A stretch of DNA of 64,000 bases from positions 133,746 through 197,745 of the forward strand of contig CAVTZY010000023.1 in NCBI GenBank assembly GCA_963739235.1. Reading direction: 5' to 3'. Position 1 is the stretch's first letter; each line of letters starts with the position of its first letter. Both the position numbers and the translations under genes were made by a program. A model generated the notes under the pieces. That model did no database searches. It was given only the letters and a program-made list of their open reading frames with translations, and was not told the DNA's origin. This DNA is from Terriglobia bacterium (GTDB taxonomy: Bacteria > Acidobacteriota > UBA6911). This document shows positions 35,598 through 45,813 of the stretch, piece by piece.

Positions 35598-36775
35598 ACT
35601 TATAAGCATTTCTATCCGGGAGAGCAGGGAAAAGAAGGCGAAAAGGGGGATCGCAGGGGGCATTGGGGGGACGACTCGGGGCAGGCAGGGCATTGCCGGG
35701 CTGGGAACGGGGTTTTCTGGAGCAGAAAGCCCGGCAATGGCCTGCCTGCCCCGAGTGCCGGGCCTGGGGAGCGCTTGCGCTCATGAGCCGGGACAAACCT
35801 CGACCGGGCGGCCTTCTGGCCGGCATGCGGCGTGGATGGCGCGGAAGCTTACGGAAGGGTGTCGGGCCGGGCGCGAGGAGGAGGACGCGGCTGGAAAGGG
35901 TCCCGAGTCTTGCAGCGCTTGCTCTCCCCGTGGCGCAGGATGCGGTCGACGACGCGGGGGTCGGTAATAAAGGCGACCATGCGCATACGGGCGCCGCAGG
36001 CGCAAGTCAGAGGATCCGCTTCGAAGATTTTCCTGATCAAGCGGGCCCAAGTGCTGCGGGCCTCGCTGGAGAAGTCGGAATTGTCCCGGGCCTCGGCCGC
36101 GGGAGGGCCGGCGCCGGGGCTGTCGGCTTGCTCGCCCGCGCAGACGATTCTGCCCCGGTTGGAATACGCGCCGTAGAAGCGCTGGCAGTGGCTTCCCGGA
36201 TAGGGGATATGGGCGGTGATGCGGTGAATCCACTCGTGCGGATCGAGCACGAGCCGGGTGGCGCCGGAGCGCGGGTCCGGGGGCGTCTCCAGGGCCAGGT
36301 TGCCGTCCTCAAGTTTCCGCGGCGCATCCATGGCCAGAGCGGGGCGCGTGATGTAGCGACCCTGGGATTCGAGCGCGGCGAGGGCGCCGGCTTCCACCGG
36401 CGGTCCCGCGAAGACTGAGAATCCGGGATGAACCCAGGACAAGAGATTGTGCATGAAGCTTTCGGAGAGGCGTTCGGCCCGGTGCAGGCGCTCCAGGAAC
36501 AGGCGCCGGAAGACTTCCCTGACGGCGTCGGGATCGGGCGCGGGAAGCGTCAGGAACTCTCCTTGCCGAGTGAGAACGCTGTCAGAAACCAGGGCGTGGG
36601 CGTGCGGATTGAAGTTGCACCCGTAGCCGCCGAAGGTCTGCAGCGAGATGACGCAGCCGGGGCGGACATCAGCGCGGTCAAAGAATGCCTGGAAGGTTTT
36701 CAGAATCGCCGCGTAGGCGGTTTGTGATAGAAGGCCGAGCAGCTTGCGGTCGCGTTCGATGAGGCCGCGCAGGAC
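35598..36775 (-). mobile_element. IS91-family element, 5'-truncated copy (copy 1)
   Basis: About 1.18 kb, near-identical to 41229..42408 (offset 5631-5633 bp). Contains a 28-bp-stem hairpin at 35675..35755. Confidence 0.8.
35849..36775 (-). pseudogene. IS91-family HUH (Y2) transposase lacking its N-terminal zinc-binding part
   Basis: ORF 35849..37060. Homology to copy 2 starts at VLRGLIERDRKLLG. Contains NFNPHAHALVSD (HUH) and CQRFYGAYSNRGR. Codons above 36775 are antisense read-through of the FN3 gene. Confidence 0.75.
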
Positions 36776-36780
36776 GGAAG

Positions 36781-37194
36781 ACCCTAGCCTGGGATCCAAA
36801 TGTTGAATCGGACCTGGCCGGCTATAGGGTTTACTACGGCAAGGCTCCTGGCGTGTACAGTGCCCCGATCTCACTGGGCAGGCAGACAACCTACACCGTG
36901 ACCGGCCTGACGCCGGGGACTTACTACTTTGCGGTGACAGCCTACAACACGGCCAGCCTGGAAAGCGGCTTTTCAAACGAAGTTTCCACGACTGTCGCGG
37001 CATCATCGAGGTGCGATCTCGACCTCGATGGGGCCGTGAACATAATGGACCTGCAAGCACTCATCAACGCAATCCTGGAAATAAAACCGCTGCCCGAAGG
37101 GGTCAGCGGCGACATGAACAGCGATGGCGTCGTCAATGTTCTGGACCTGCAGGTCCTGGTTTCCGTGATCCTTGGGATCGCGGTGTGTAAATAA
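36781..37194 (+). pseudogene. 5'-truncated gene for a fibronectin-III plus dockerin-repeat protein
   Basis: In-frame WDPNVESDLAGYRVYYGKAPGVYS...TYTVTGLTPGTYYFAVTAYN (FN3), then DLDLDGAVNIMDLQALINAIL...GDMNSDGVVNVLDLQVLVSVILG (two dockerin-type EF-hand-like repeats). Cut by IS91 copy 1. Confidence 0.65.
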
Positions 37195-37218
37195 CAACTG
37201 CAGCAGGAGGTTTCAGTA

Positions 37219-37491
37219 ATGGCAACAAGAGCGCAATTGAGTTGGCCGGCAAATTCTGCGGAAGAGCAGGTCACGGGGTACAACGTCTACATGGATGGAG
37301 CGCAGGTGGGAAACACCCAGGAATCGAAATTCGAACTGGAAATCACGCCGGACGCTCATGCCTTAGCGGTGTCGGCCGTGAATGTGTGGGGTGAGGGTCC
37401 GCAGTCCGATCCGGTGAAGACGCCGGCACCGTGCTCTAAAGTCGGCGGCCTGGCCATCTCCATCGTGGTCAATGTCTCGATAAGTCAATGA
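37219..37491 (+). CDS. small FN3-like protein
   Basis: LSWPANSAEEQVTGYNVYMDGAQVG...AVSAVNVWGEGPQSDPV. Confidence 0.5.
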   Translation: MATRAQLSWPANSAEEQVTGYNVYMDGAQVGNTQESKFELEITPDAHALAVSAVNVWGEGPQSDPVKTPAPCSKVGGLAISIVVNVSISQ

Positions 37492-37811
37492 AGGTGGTGC
37501 TCCTCATGATGGTATTCCTGTATGTCGACCAGCCGGTGGCAAGCCTGCAATTCGATTTGGACACTACAGGTGCCGTCACGTTGGTTGACACCGTTCAGAA
37601 ACAGATCGCGCAGGCTCCGGTCAACGGCAAGGTTCGGGTCATCATCTACGGCCTGAACCAAGCTGTTTTCCAGGGAAAATTCGCCACGGTGAACGCTCCA
37701 GTGAGCGGAGTGTCAAACGCGGTGGGAGCGGCCCTGGATGGATCACCGGTGCCGGTTGCGATCAAAACCCTGAGCCCTCCCGGAAAAGTCAAGGTGGAGA
37801 TCAACCCTTAA
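37488..37811 (+). CDS. hypothetical protein, possibly cohesin-like
   Basis: 4-nt overlap with the upstream gene. ASLQFDLDTTGAVTL resembles the start of cohesin modules; this is weak. Confidence 0.4.
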   Translation: MKVVLLMMVFLYVDQPVASLQFDLDTTGAVTLVDTVQKQIAQAPVNGKVRVIIYGLNQAVFQGKFATVNAPVSGVSNAVGAALDGSPVPVAIKTLSPPGKVKVEINP

Positions 37812-37819
37812 AACAGCAA

Positions 37820-37852
37820 GGGCCGCCAGCCGGAACTGGCGGCCCTCAATTT
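37820..37852 (+). terminator. intrinsic terminator-like hairpin GGGCCGCCAG-ccggaa-CTGGCGGCCC followed by TCAATTT
   Basis: 10-bp GC-rich perfect stem immediately after the stop at 37811. Confidence 0.55.
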
Positions 37853-37981
37853 ACCTCACGGAACAGGACATCGCGGGAACGGGGCTACGAGTTTCGAATT
37901 TGTATATACCGCGGCTCTGGACAGTGGGCTTAGGGATTATCAGTTCGAGCAGTCAGCGCCACGAGGACGTTGGCCGAGAGC

Positions 37982-40667
37982 TCACTCAAAGTGCAGCGCC
38001 ACCAAGGGATCGGTCTTCGCTGCACTGCGGCTCGGTAAATAACAGGCGGCCACCGCGACGATGAACAACAAAATGGTTGCTCCGGCAAATGTCAGGGCGT
38101 CAACGGGGCCGACACCATAAAGCATGGTCCCGAGCAGCCGCGTAAGAGCGAAAGCCACCAGCAAGCCTAGGAGGAGCCCGATGCCAGCGAGCCGCACACC
38201 TTGCCGAACTATCAGCATGGCCACCGACCGCTGCGTGGCGCCCAAAGCCAGCCGGATTCCCATTTCCTGCGTCCGCTGTGTGGCTGCAAACGAAATCACG
38301 CCGTAGAGGCCGACCGCAGCCAGCAGCAGAGCCAAGATCCCGAACAGGCCCACAAAGAAAGCCGCGCCGCGCGATTGACCCAGCGCCTGCTCGACGTGTT
38401 GCTCCATCGTTTCAACATCGAAAACGGGCAGATTCGGATCGAGTTCACGCACTTGAGCGCGCACTGCGGCTAACAACGACAGCGGATCCCCGTCCGTCCG
38501 TAGATAAAGCGTCGCGACGGAACTGTACTCCTGCAAGATCGGCCGGTAGATGCACCCGCGAACCTGCTCGCGCACGGTACTGTACTTGGTGTCCCGCACT
38601 ATGCCCACAACTTCCATGATAACACCGTCCCGCTCTTGGAGATGTTTGCCAATGGCGCTTTGCCCGGGCCAGAGATCCCTTGCCAGCCGTTCGTCGACTA
38701 CGGCGACAGGCGCTGAGGATTGCCGGTCGCTCGGAGCGAAGTCGCGTCCGGCGACGAGCGGTATGGCGGCCGTCTCGAAATATCGCGGGCCAACCACGTT
38801 GACGTTCGAGTTCTGGAATATCCCGCTGCCAGTGCCTTCCGGCGTCGAGAAATCGTTTGCCCACCTCCTCCCGGAAAGGGGTACTACCACCGCCAGGCTG
38901 GCCGACCGCACACCAGGAAGGCCTGAGCCGCGCTCAAGCAGTTGTCGCTGGAAGGCCAATCCACGCGCCTCATCGTATCCCTGCAGGCCCAGGTCGAAGT
39001 TGGCCAGTAGCAGCCCGCTCCGCCCGAAACCAAGATCGATGGCGCGCTCGTTCAGCAGGGTGCGGACGAGAAGGCCTGCAGCCGCCAGCAGCGCCAGCGA
39101 CATGGAGACCTGAAGTACGACCAGCACTTGGCGGACGGGCAGCGTGTGAAGTCTGCCGCTTGCCGCTTGCCCGTGTTTGAGCGAAGGAAACAGATTTCGT
39201 CCCGAACCATGAAGCGCTGGAAACACACCAGCTAACACCGCGGCTAGAACAGATACGGCGGCGGTGAAACCCAGCATGCGCGCGTCAAAGACGGCGTCGG
39301 GTAATTGTGGACCGAAATCGCCGATGCGAAGGCCGGCTAACGCCTGGCTCAGCCAGAAACCGAACAGCAGGCCGGCGCTGCCGCCAAATGCGGTCAACAG
39401 CAGACTTTCGGCCAGCGCCTGCCGCACCAACCGGAAACGGGTTGCACCGAGTGCGAGCCGAATAGCCGTCTCTTTCTGACGCGACTTGGCACGCGCCAGC
39501 AACAGGTTGGCAACGTTGACGCAGGCGATCATCAGGACCACGCCGCAGACCCCAAACAGAACTCCCAGAAAACGAGAAGACACTCCGGGCGGCATCGGGC
39601 CAGATCTTCGATTGGCTGGCCGGCCGCAGGGTCACCGTCCAGCGGCGGTTCGCCTCGATGGGCTCGGACTCGGCGATCTGTTGCGCACGGAGTCGCAACG
39701 CGAGTTCGGCTTGGTACATCGAGACTCCGGCGCTAAGCCGGCCAGTCGCGGAGAGCCAATGCGTACCACGGTTATGCATGCGTGCTTCACTGAAATTCCA
39801 ACCCTTGACTGGGGATGGCATCAATTGGGCCTGTGCGTCGAGTGGGAGCCAGAAGTCGGGTCCTTCACCCAACTCCGTTCCCTCAAAGCCGCGTGGGGCC
39901 ACACCAATGATTGTGTATGGATGACCGTTAAGATTGACGCTGCGGCCAAGCGCCGCGCGGTCTCCAGCGAAGCGCCGCTGCCAGCACGAGAAGCTGAGCA
40001 GGGTCACTGCATGGGCGTAGCCATCCTCGCCAGGCAAGAAAGCGCGGCCGAGAGCGGGGCGCACGTGCAGCAACGAAAAGTAGTTGGCAGACACCAATTC
40101 GCCCCCTGTCCGTTCGCTTACACCGCCGGTGCCCGCATTCAGAACAAAGGCTGCATGGACCGAAATATCTTCCAGAGCGCCGGTATCGCGGAAATCCAGA
40201 TAATCCGGGTAGGAGAGTGAGCTGTACCCACCGCTCTTTGTATTGAGGTGGTAGAGGTTCACTAGCCGCTCTGGCTCGCTTACCGGCAGCGGCTTGAGAA
40301 AGATTACGTTGACCAGACTGAAAATTGCGGTATTCGCGCCAATGCCAAGCGCAAACGTGAGAATGGCCACAGCGGCGAAGCCCGGTGAGCGGCGCAACTG
40401 TCGCAAGCCGTAGCGAAAGTCGCAGCCAACGTCTTCGAGAAAGCCAAAGCCCCGCGCGTCACGAACAGTCTCCCTGGCCTGCTCGATGCCGCCTACAGCA
40501 ATACGCGCCTGGCGCTGTGCCTCGTCAGGGGCCATGCCGTGGCGTATGTTCTTGTCGGCAAGGAGGTCAATGTGCAATTGCAGCTCGTCTCGTAGACGAT
40601 CTTCGAGCTTGCTCCTACGGAAGAAGGCGCCCAACATACCGATGAAGGATCTGATTCGAACACGCAC
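37982..40667 (-). pseudogene. ADOP/MacB-FtsX-type permease with a permease-prefix domain; one frame break near 39590
   Basis: ORF 39285..40667 (MRVRIRSFIGMLGAFFRRSKLEDRLRDELQLHIDLLA...RRSPGFAAVAILTFALGIGANTAIFSLVNV) continues in ORF 37982..39595 (...ACVNVANLLLARAKSRQKETAIRLALGA...KTDPLVALHFE*). Confidence 0.8.
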
Positions 40668-40676
40668 GCGAGCCTC

Positions 40677-41015
40677 CTAAAAAGCGCCCTGGAGTACACG
40701 ACCGATGAATTCCGCCATCCGCTCCCAGTCCTTGGCTTCCTTCGCGAGCCGCCGACGGCCGGCCTTGGTGATCGAATAGTAGCGTGCCCTCCGGTTGTTC
40801 TCGCTGGTTCCCCATTTCGAGCTGATGCAGCCGCTCTGTTCGAGCCGCGCCAATGAAGCATAGAGCGTTCCCTGGTTCAGCGTCAGCAGTTCCCTTGATA
40901 CATGGTGGATACGCTCAGCGATTCCAAATCCGTGCAGCGGCCCGAGCGTGGCAAGGGCTTTGAGCACGATCAGATCCAAGGTGCCGTACATTACTTCCGA
41001 CTTCGTTTCGGGCAT
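40677..41015 (-). CDS. PadR-family transcriptional regulator
   Basis: GTLDLIVLKALATLGPLHGFGIAERIHHVSRELLTLNQGTLYASLARLEQSGCISSKWGTSENNRRARYYSITKAG. Confidence 0.9.
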   Translation of the reverse strand: MPETKSEVMYGTLDLIVLKALATLGPLHGFGIAERIHHVSRELLTLNQGTLYASLARLEQSGCISSKWGTSENNRRARYYSITKAGRRRLAKEAKDWERMAEFIGRVLQGAF

Positions 41016-41032
41016 GACTTGCTCCTTTGGTT

Positions 41033-41067
41033 AGGCCAAATGTAACCTACGCCGCTTCATTTGGCCT
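41033..41067. promoter_or_regulatory. 10-bp inverted repeat AGGCCAAATG-N15-CATTTGGCCT upstream of padR; candidate operator
   Basis: Read directly from the sequence, 18-53 nt upstream of the padR ATG. Confidence 0.35.
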
Positions 41068-41228
41068 GTCAAGGGGAAAGGTAACAAGGGTGCGCAAAGC
41101 GCCCTGCACGTTGTCCGGAAACGGCGTTCGAGAAAGCTGCGCCACCGGAATCGCTGCGAAATCTCGCACTCGATCGCTTTCGATTGCTTCACCAAGAGTA
41201 AGGTGAACCGTCGCGCTCTGTGGTCCTG

Positions 41229-42940
41229 ACTTATAAGCATTTCTATCCGGGAGAGCAGGGAAAAGAAGGCGAAAAGGGGGATCGCAGGGGGCAAGTTGGG
41301 GGGACGACTCGGGGCAGGCAGGGCATTGCCGGGCTGGGAACGGGGTTTTCTGGAGCAGAAAGCCCGGCAATGGCCTGCCTGCCCCGAGTGCCGGGCCTGG
41401 GGAGCGCTTGCGCCCATGAGCCGGGACAAACCTCGACCGGGCGGCCTTCTGGCCGGCATGCGGGGTGGATGGCGCGGAAGCTTACGGAAGGGTGTCGGGC
41501 CGGGCGCGAGGAGGAGGACGCGGCTGGAAAGGGTCCCGAGTCTTGCAGCGCTTGCTCGCCCGGTGGCGCAGGATGCGGTCGACGACGCGGGGGTCGGTAA
41601 TAAAGGAGACGATGCGCATGCGGGCGCCGCAGGCGCAAGTCAGAGGGTCGGCTTCGAAGACTTTGCTGATCAAGCGGGCCCAAGTGCTGCTGGCCTCCCT
41701 GGAGAAGTCGGAATTGTCCCGGGCCTCGGCCGCGGGAGGGCCGGCGCCGGGGCTGTCGGCTTGCTCGCCCGGGCAGACGATTCTGCCCCGGTTGGAATAC
41801 GCGCCGTAGAAGCGCTGGCAGTGGCTTCCGGGATCGGGGATGTGGGCGGTGATGCGGTGAATCCACTCGTGCGGATCGAGCACGAGCCGGGTGGCGCCGG
41901 AGCGCGGGTCTGGGGGCGTCTCCAGGGCCAGGTTGCCGTCCTCGAGTTTCCGCAGCGCGTCCATGGCCAGAGCGGGGCGCGTGATGTAGCGGCCCTGGGA
42001 TTCGAGCGAGGCGAGGGCGGCGGCTTCGACCGGCGGTCCCGCGAAGACTGAGAATCCGGGATGAACCCAGGACAAGAGATTGTGCATGAAGCTTTCGGAG
42101 AGGCGTTCGGCCCTGTGCAGGCGCTCCAGGAACAGGCGTCGGAAGACTTCCATGACGGCGGCGGGATCGGGCGCGGGCAGCGGCAGGAACTCTCCTTGCC
42201 TAGTGAGAACGCCGTCAGAAACCAGGGCGTGGGCGTGCGGATTGAAGTTGCACCCGTAGCCGCCGAAGGTCTGCAGCGAGATGACGCAGCCGGGGCGGAC
42301 GTCAGCGCGGTCAAAGAATGCCTGGAAGGTTTTCAGGATCGCGGCGTAGGCGGTTTGTGACAAAAGGCCGAGCAGCTTGCGCTCGCGTTCGATGAGGCCG
42401 CGCAGGACGCGGGGGATGGAAAAGGTGAGAGTGGCGATGAGGGACCGGAGCCAGGATCTCCGAGGTGAGTTTTTCGGCAAAGAGGACAGAGCGTTTGGCC
42501 TGGCAACTGGAGCAGAAATTCCTCGTGCGGCAGGAGAATGCCAAAAGGTGCTCCGCATGACATTTTGGGCACCGAATCCGGGCCAAGCCGCCTTGAAGCC
42601 GGCCACAACTCAGGAACTCCTCTACGGAACGAACCACAACCGGCCGCAGTGGTCCCGCGCGCGGCTCGAAGCGTTCTTCGTAACCACGGACGTAACTGTC
42701 GAAGTGGTCTTCAAAGAGCTGATAAAACTCCGTCTGTTCGGGATGCCTGGGCCTGTATTGCGCCGGCGCTTCGGCGACAAGGCTGCCGCCGGGATCCTCG
42801 CCCGCAACGAGGTCCGAGACCATGCCGCGGCAGGTGAGGACCGGCAGGCAGACGCAGGGCATGGGGGACTGACCTCTCCGGGCGGCCGTTTTGGGGCCGC
42901 CCAAAGAGATCTAACTGCCATGGGGGTGAAATTGGCCAAT
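41229..42940 (-). mobile_element. IS91-family element, near full-length copy (copy 2); upper boundary approximate
   Basis: Shares 41229..42408 with copy 1 and extends through the transposase N-terminus. Hairpin at 41308..41388. Confidence 0.75.
41482..42862 (-). pseudogene. IS91-family HUH (Y2) transposase, one frame break near 42400-42440
   Basis: ORF 42311..42904 (CPKCHAEHLLAFSCRTRNFCSSCQAKR...ILAPVPHRH) joins ORF 41482..42606 (...LTFSIPRVLRGLIERERKLLG...NFNPHAHALVSD...ADPLTCACGARMRIVSFITDPRVVDRILRH). Confidence 0.8.
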
Positions 42941-42944
42941 CAGA

Positions 42945-43178
42945 GTGGAAGGCGGCCACCTCCTATTTACTCCCTTCGACGGATTGAGGAGCGTGCTGAA
43001 AATCCTCGGATTCAGCGAGCGAGTGCGAGGCAGTCATCATATCTTCTACAAGGAAGGCGTAGAGGAGATCCTGAACCTGCAAGCCAAAGGGAACAAGGCA
43101 AAGCCTTACCAGGTGAAGCAGGCCCGCCATGTTATACTGAGATACCGTTTGGGGGAAGAATCCGATGCCGACGCCTAG
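42945..43178 (+). CDS. hicA: HicA-family toxin (mRNA interferase), GTG start; N-terminus possibly shortened
   Basis: LRSVLKILGFSERVRGSHHIFYKEG...KAKPYQVKQARHVI. A TGA lies five codons upstream of the GTG. Confidence 0.65.
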   Translation: MEGGHLLFTPFDGLRSVLKILGFSERVRGSHHIFYKEGVEEILNLQAKGNKAKPYQVKQARHVILRYRLGEESDADA

Positions 43179-43381
43179 ATATGAGGTCATCATTTACTGG
43201 AGCGCGGAGGACGAATCCTTTATCGCCGAGGTGCCGGAACTGCCCGGTTGCGCGGCAGACGGGAACACCTACCGCGCAGCCCTTGCCAACGTCGAAGTGG
43301 TCATCAAGGAGTGGATTGAAACCGCCACCGAGACTCGGTCGCCCCATCCCCCAACCCAGAGGCCGCCTCGTCTTCGCCTAG
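43165..43381 (+). pseudogene. hicB: HicB-family antitoxin with a frame break near 43330
   Basis: YEVIIYWSAEDESFIAEVPELPGCAADGNTYRAALANVEVVIKEWIETA, then the expected end LGRPIPQPRGRLVFA* in the adjacent frame (stop 43379..43381). Confidence 0.7.
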
Positions 43382-43516
43382 TTCGCCCTCTGTCCTCTGA
43401 TTTCAGAACGTCAGAACGTATGCGGAGGCGCACCGTGGTGCGCGATAATCTCTGGTGGGATTGTGCTCATGTCCGCCACCATAGGTAAAATGATTGCATC
43501 CGGCTACCGGAAGGGA

Positions 43517-43756
43517 TCAGGCGATGTGCTGCATGGCATTGACGAATTCCCTCCCCAACATCGGGGGAGGAATGGGCTTCCCGTCCTGCTCATAGAGATC
43601 AATGATCTCTTCGACAATATTGCAGAGGTCGGCAAAAACCTTCTTGGCGTCCGCGCCGTGGCAACCAGCGAATAACAGTTCCGGGCAGCTGCCGATGAAA
43701 CAGCCATCCTCCTCCGACCATTCCACGAGCTTCACATACTTATCGCTCTTCTTCAT
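43517..43756 (-). CDS. HicB-like antitoxin-fold protein (orphan)
   Basis: YVKLVEWSEEDGCFIGSCPELLFAGCHGADAKKVFADLCNIVEEIIDLYEQDGKPIPPP. Confidence 0.65.
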   Translation of the reverse strand: MKKSDKYVKLVEWSEEDGCFIGSCPELLFAGCHGADAKKVFADLCNIVEEIIDLYEQDGKPIPPPMLGREFVNAMQHIA

Positions 43757-44033
43757 CTCTTGGATTCCTTAATCGCCAGCTACACGGCTCTTTGCTGAGA
43801 AAGCAAGCATCAACGCAGTGCGTGCCAAGCCTACGAGATTATATCATTGAACCACTTAAGTCGGCGTGAGAGCAGATCGAACCGCCAACCCGTTTTTTGC
43901 TGCGATTGCTTTTCGATACTATGCGCCTGAAGCCCTGAGATAGAATAGCCCCTGCAACCCTTATTGATAGAACAGGCTCTGCCAGACAGAATTTCTTCAG
44001 TCCTGCCGGCCAGATCGGGATGGGAGCAATAGC

Positions 44034-45536
44034 GTGAAGTCGGAAAGCTGCGGCATTTGCGGCGCAAGTGGAAAGAGGGAATGCCCTGCGATCAACGGGA
44101 GGATATGCACGGCCTGTTGCGGTTCTAAGCGGGTCAGCGCCATCGCATGCACTCCAGAATGTGAATACAATCCCTTCGGCATCAATTCCTACGATTTATG
44201 GCTGCGGGGCGATGGCACATGCCAGCCGAAAATGCATAAGTTTGTGGTCGATCACCTGGCGTCGAAATCCATCTACGAGGAGGTGGGGAAATACGCCATC
44301 GGAGACAGGCCACAAGACGATGAAGATTTCGCTTCCGCCGCCGCGTTTCTGGTCCACAACAAACTCTTCCTGGAGCCATATGAAGACGACAGATGCCTGG
44401 CGGATGTCTGGGAGCGGGAAAGCTGGCAGGGCCTTACAAACGACGAACGGATGATGATTCAATGCCGGCGGCACGCCTATCCGGCCCTGCTAGAAATCCA
44501 GCAGACCCTAGACGACAAGGCTATGAGTTGCTTGGATTTGCTGGACAAGAGCAGGAAGCCGTTCGTTGTTTACGACCGCAATACTGCCGGCCGCGCGGCG
44601 CGTTTTACCCGCTTGCTGACCTGGATCTGCCATTACCCCAACTTCAGCCGCCTCGGCCCTATGGGCATGGAGCTGGATCATCCGCTGTCCTCAATCGTGA
44701 TGGACGAGATACGATCGGGCTCCCTTCGGGAGGGGATCTCCGAGGTGGAGTACCTCAAGATCCACTTCGTTGCGGTCTGCCGGCAGGCAACGGCGACTGC
44801 CAAGCGGCGCCTGGAGGAAATGATTCGAAGCCTGGACGCCAACCCATGGATCGCCGCCTATGCACTTCGTGCTGATCGGGAGGAGATCGCCGGGCTACTC
44901 GCAAAAAAGCCTGAGTTTGAGCGTGAGCCTCCGTCAAGATCCGGGGAAGCGGACGCCCTTTGCTATGCCTGGCTGCGAAAAGGGGAATCCGAGGAAATCG
45001 AAAATGCTGCGTCCCCACAGATACGCTCCGAATTCCAGCGCGGTGGAGTCGGCGTGCTGGGACAAGTCCAGCTGCATGCGGACAGATTGACACTCACGTC
45101 ATTCGGCGAGCAGAAATTCCGATCCGCGCGTGAAAAGCTCGAGAAATACTGCGGCAACCGGATCTCATTCACCATCGAATCCGAAAGACCTCTGAAGGAT
45201 GAACTCCTCAAGCGATTCGTGGAAGAGGCGCGGGACGAAGATGAGCCCGTGGATCAACCCGACCCTGCGAATCAAATCCCGGCTGAAGTTCAGCGCACTC
45301 TGCTGCGGGACTTCCATAACAAACACTACCGCCAGTTCCTGGACGACAGCATCCCGGCATTAAAAGGCATGACCCCTCGGGAGGCAGCCAAGGATGAACA
45401 TATGCGTCCGGAGCTCCTTTCACTGATGAAGGAACACCTGAATGGGATAGATCGAAGAAATCGAAAGGAGGGCCTCGACCTAAACATCGATTGGGTCCTT
45501 GGCGAACTGAATCTCGACGAGCTTAAGGCCGGTTGA
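44034..45536 (+). CDS. hypothetical protein (500 aa) with an N-terminal Cys-rich segment
   Basis: CGICGASGKRECPAINGRICTACCGSKR...CTPEC. The C-terminal IPALKGMTPREAAKDEHMRPELLSLMK helix motif is seen in several uncharacterised families. Confidence 0.65.
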   Translation: MKSESCGICGASGKRECPAINGRICTACCGSKRVSAIACTPECEYNPFGINSYDLWLRGDGTCQPKMHKFVVDHLASKSIYEEVGKYAIGDRPQDDEDFASAAAFLVHNKLFLEPYEDDRCLADVWERESWQGLTNDERMMIQCRRHAYPALLEIQQTLDDKAMSCLDLLDKSRKPFVVYDRNTAGRAARFTRLLTWICHYPNFSRLGPMGMELDHPLSSIVMDEIRSGSLREGISEVEYLKIHFVAVCRQATATAKRRLEEMIRSLDANPWIAAYALRADREEIAGLLAKKPEFEREPPSRSGEADALCYAWLRKGESEEIENAASPQIRSEFQRGGVGVLGQVQLHADRLTLTSFGEQKFRSAREKLEKYCGNRISFTIESERPLKDELLKRFVEEARDEDEPVDQPDPANQIPAEVQRTLLRDFHNKHYRQFLDDSIPALKGMTPREAAKDEHMRPELLSLMKEHLNGIDRRNRKEGLDLNIDWVLGELNLDELKAG

Positions 45537-45813
45537 ATCCGGCATGAAGAATCCTACGCGCGCATGGCCGCAAGACGCCTGCCTGCATTTGGAGAAAGGG
45601 AAGCGGCGTGGCCGTGCAGCTCATTACGCGCCAGGCCCGGAGTCTCCAGGGAGAGGCGCCAAGTCCGTAAGGAGCACGCCTTCAAAGCAACCGGGCAGAG
45701 GAATGCATCAGAAAGAATGCGTCAAATGCGACAATGGCGCATTTCTGCACGCCATTCGATAAGAATGCACCATTTGGCGCATTCAGCTGGTCGGAGGCAG
45801 GGAGAATGAACCC

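Noticed and set aside
35663-36418. Paired 251-aa plus-strand ORFs (also at 41296..42051), plus other ORFs mirrored in both IS91 copies
   Set aside because: These are antisense or alternative-frame shadows of the IS91 transposase. They recur only because the DNA is repeated, and their composition is Gly/Arg/Ala-rich.
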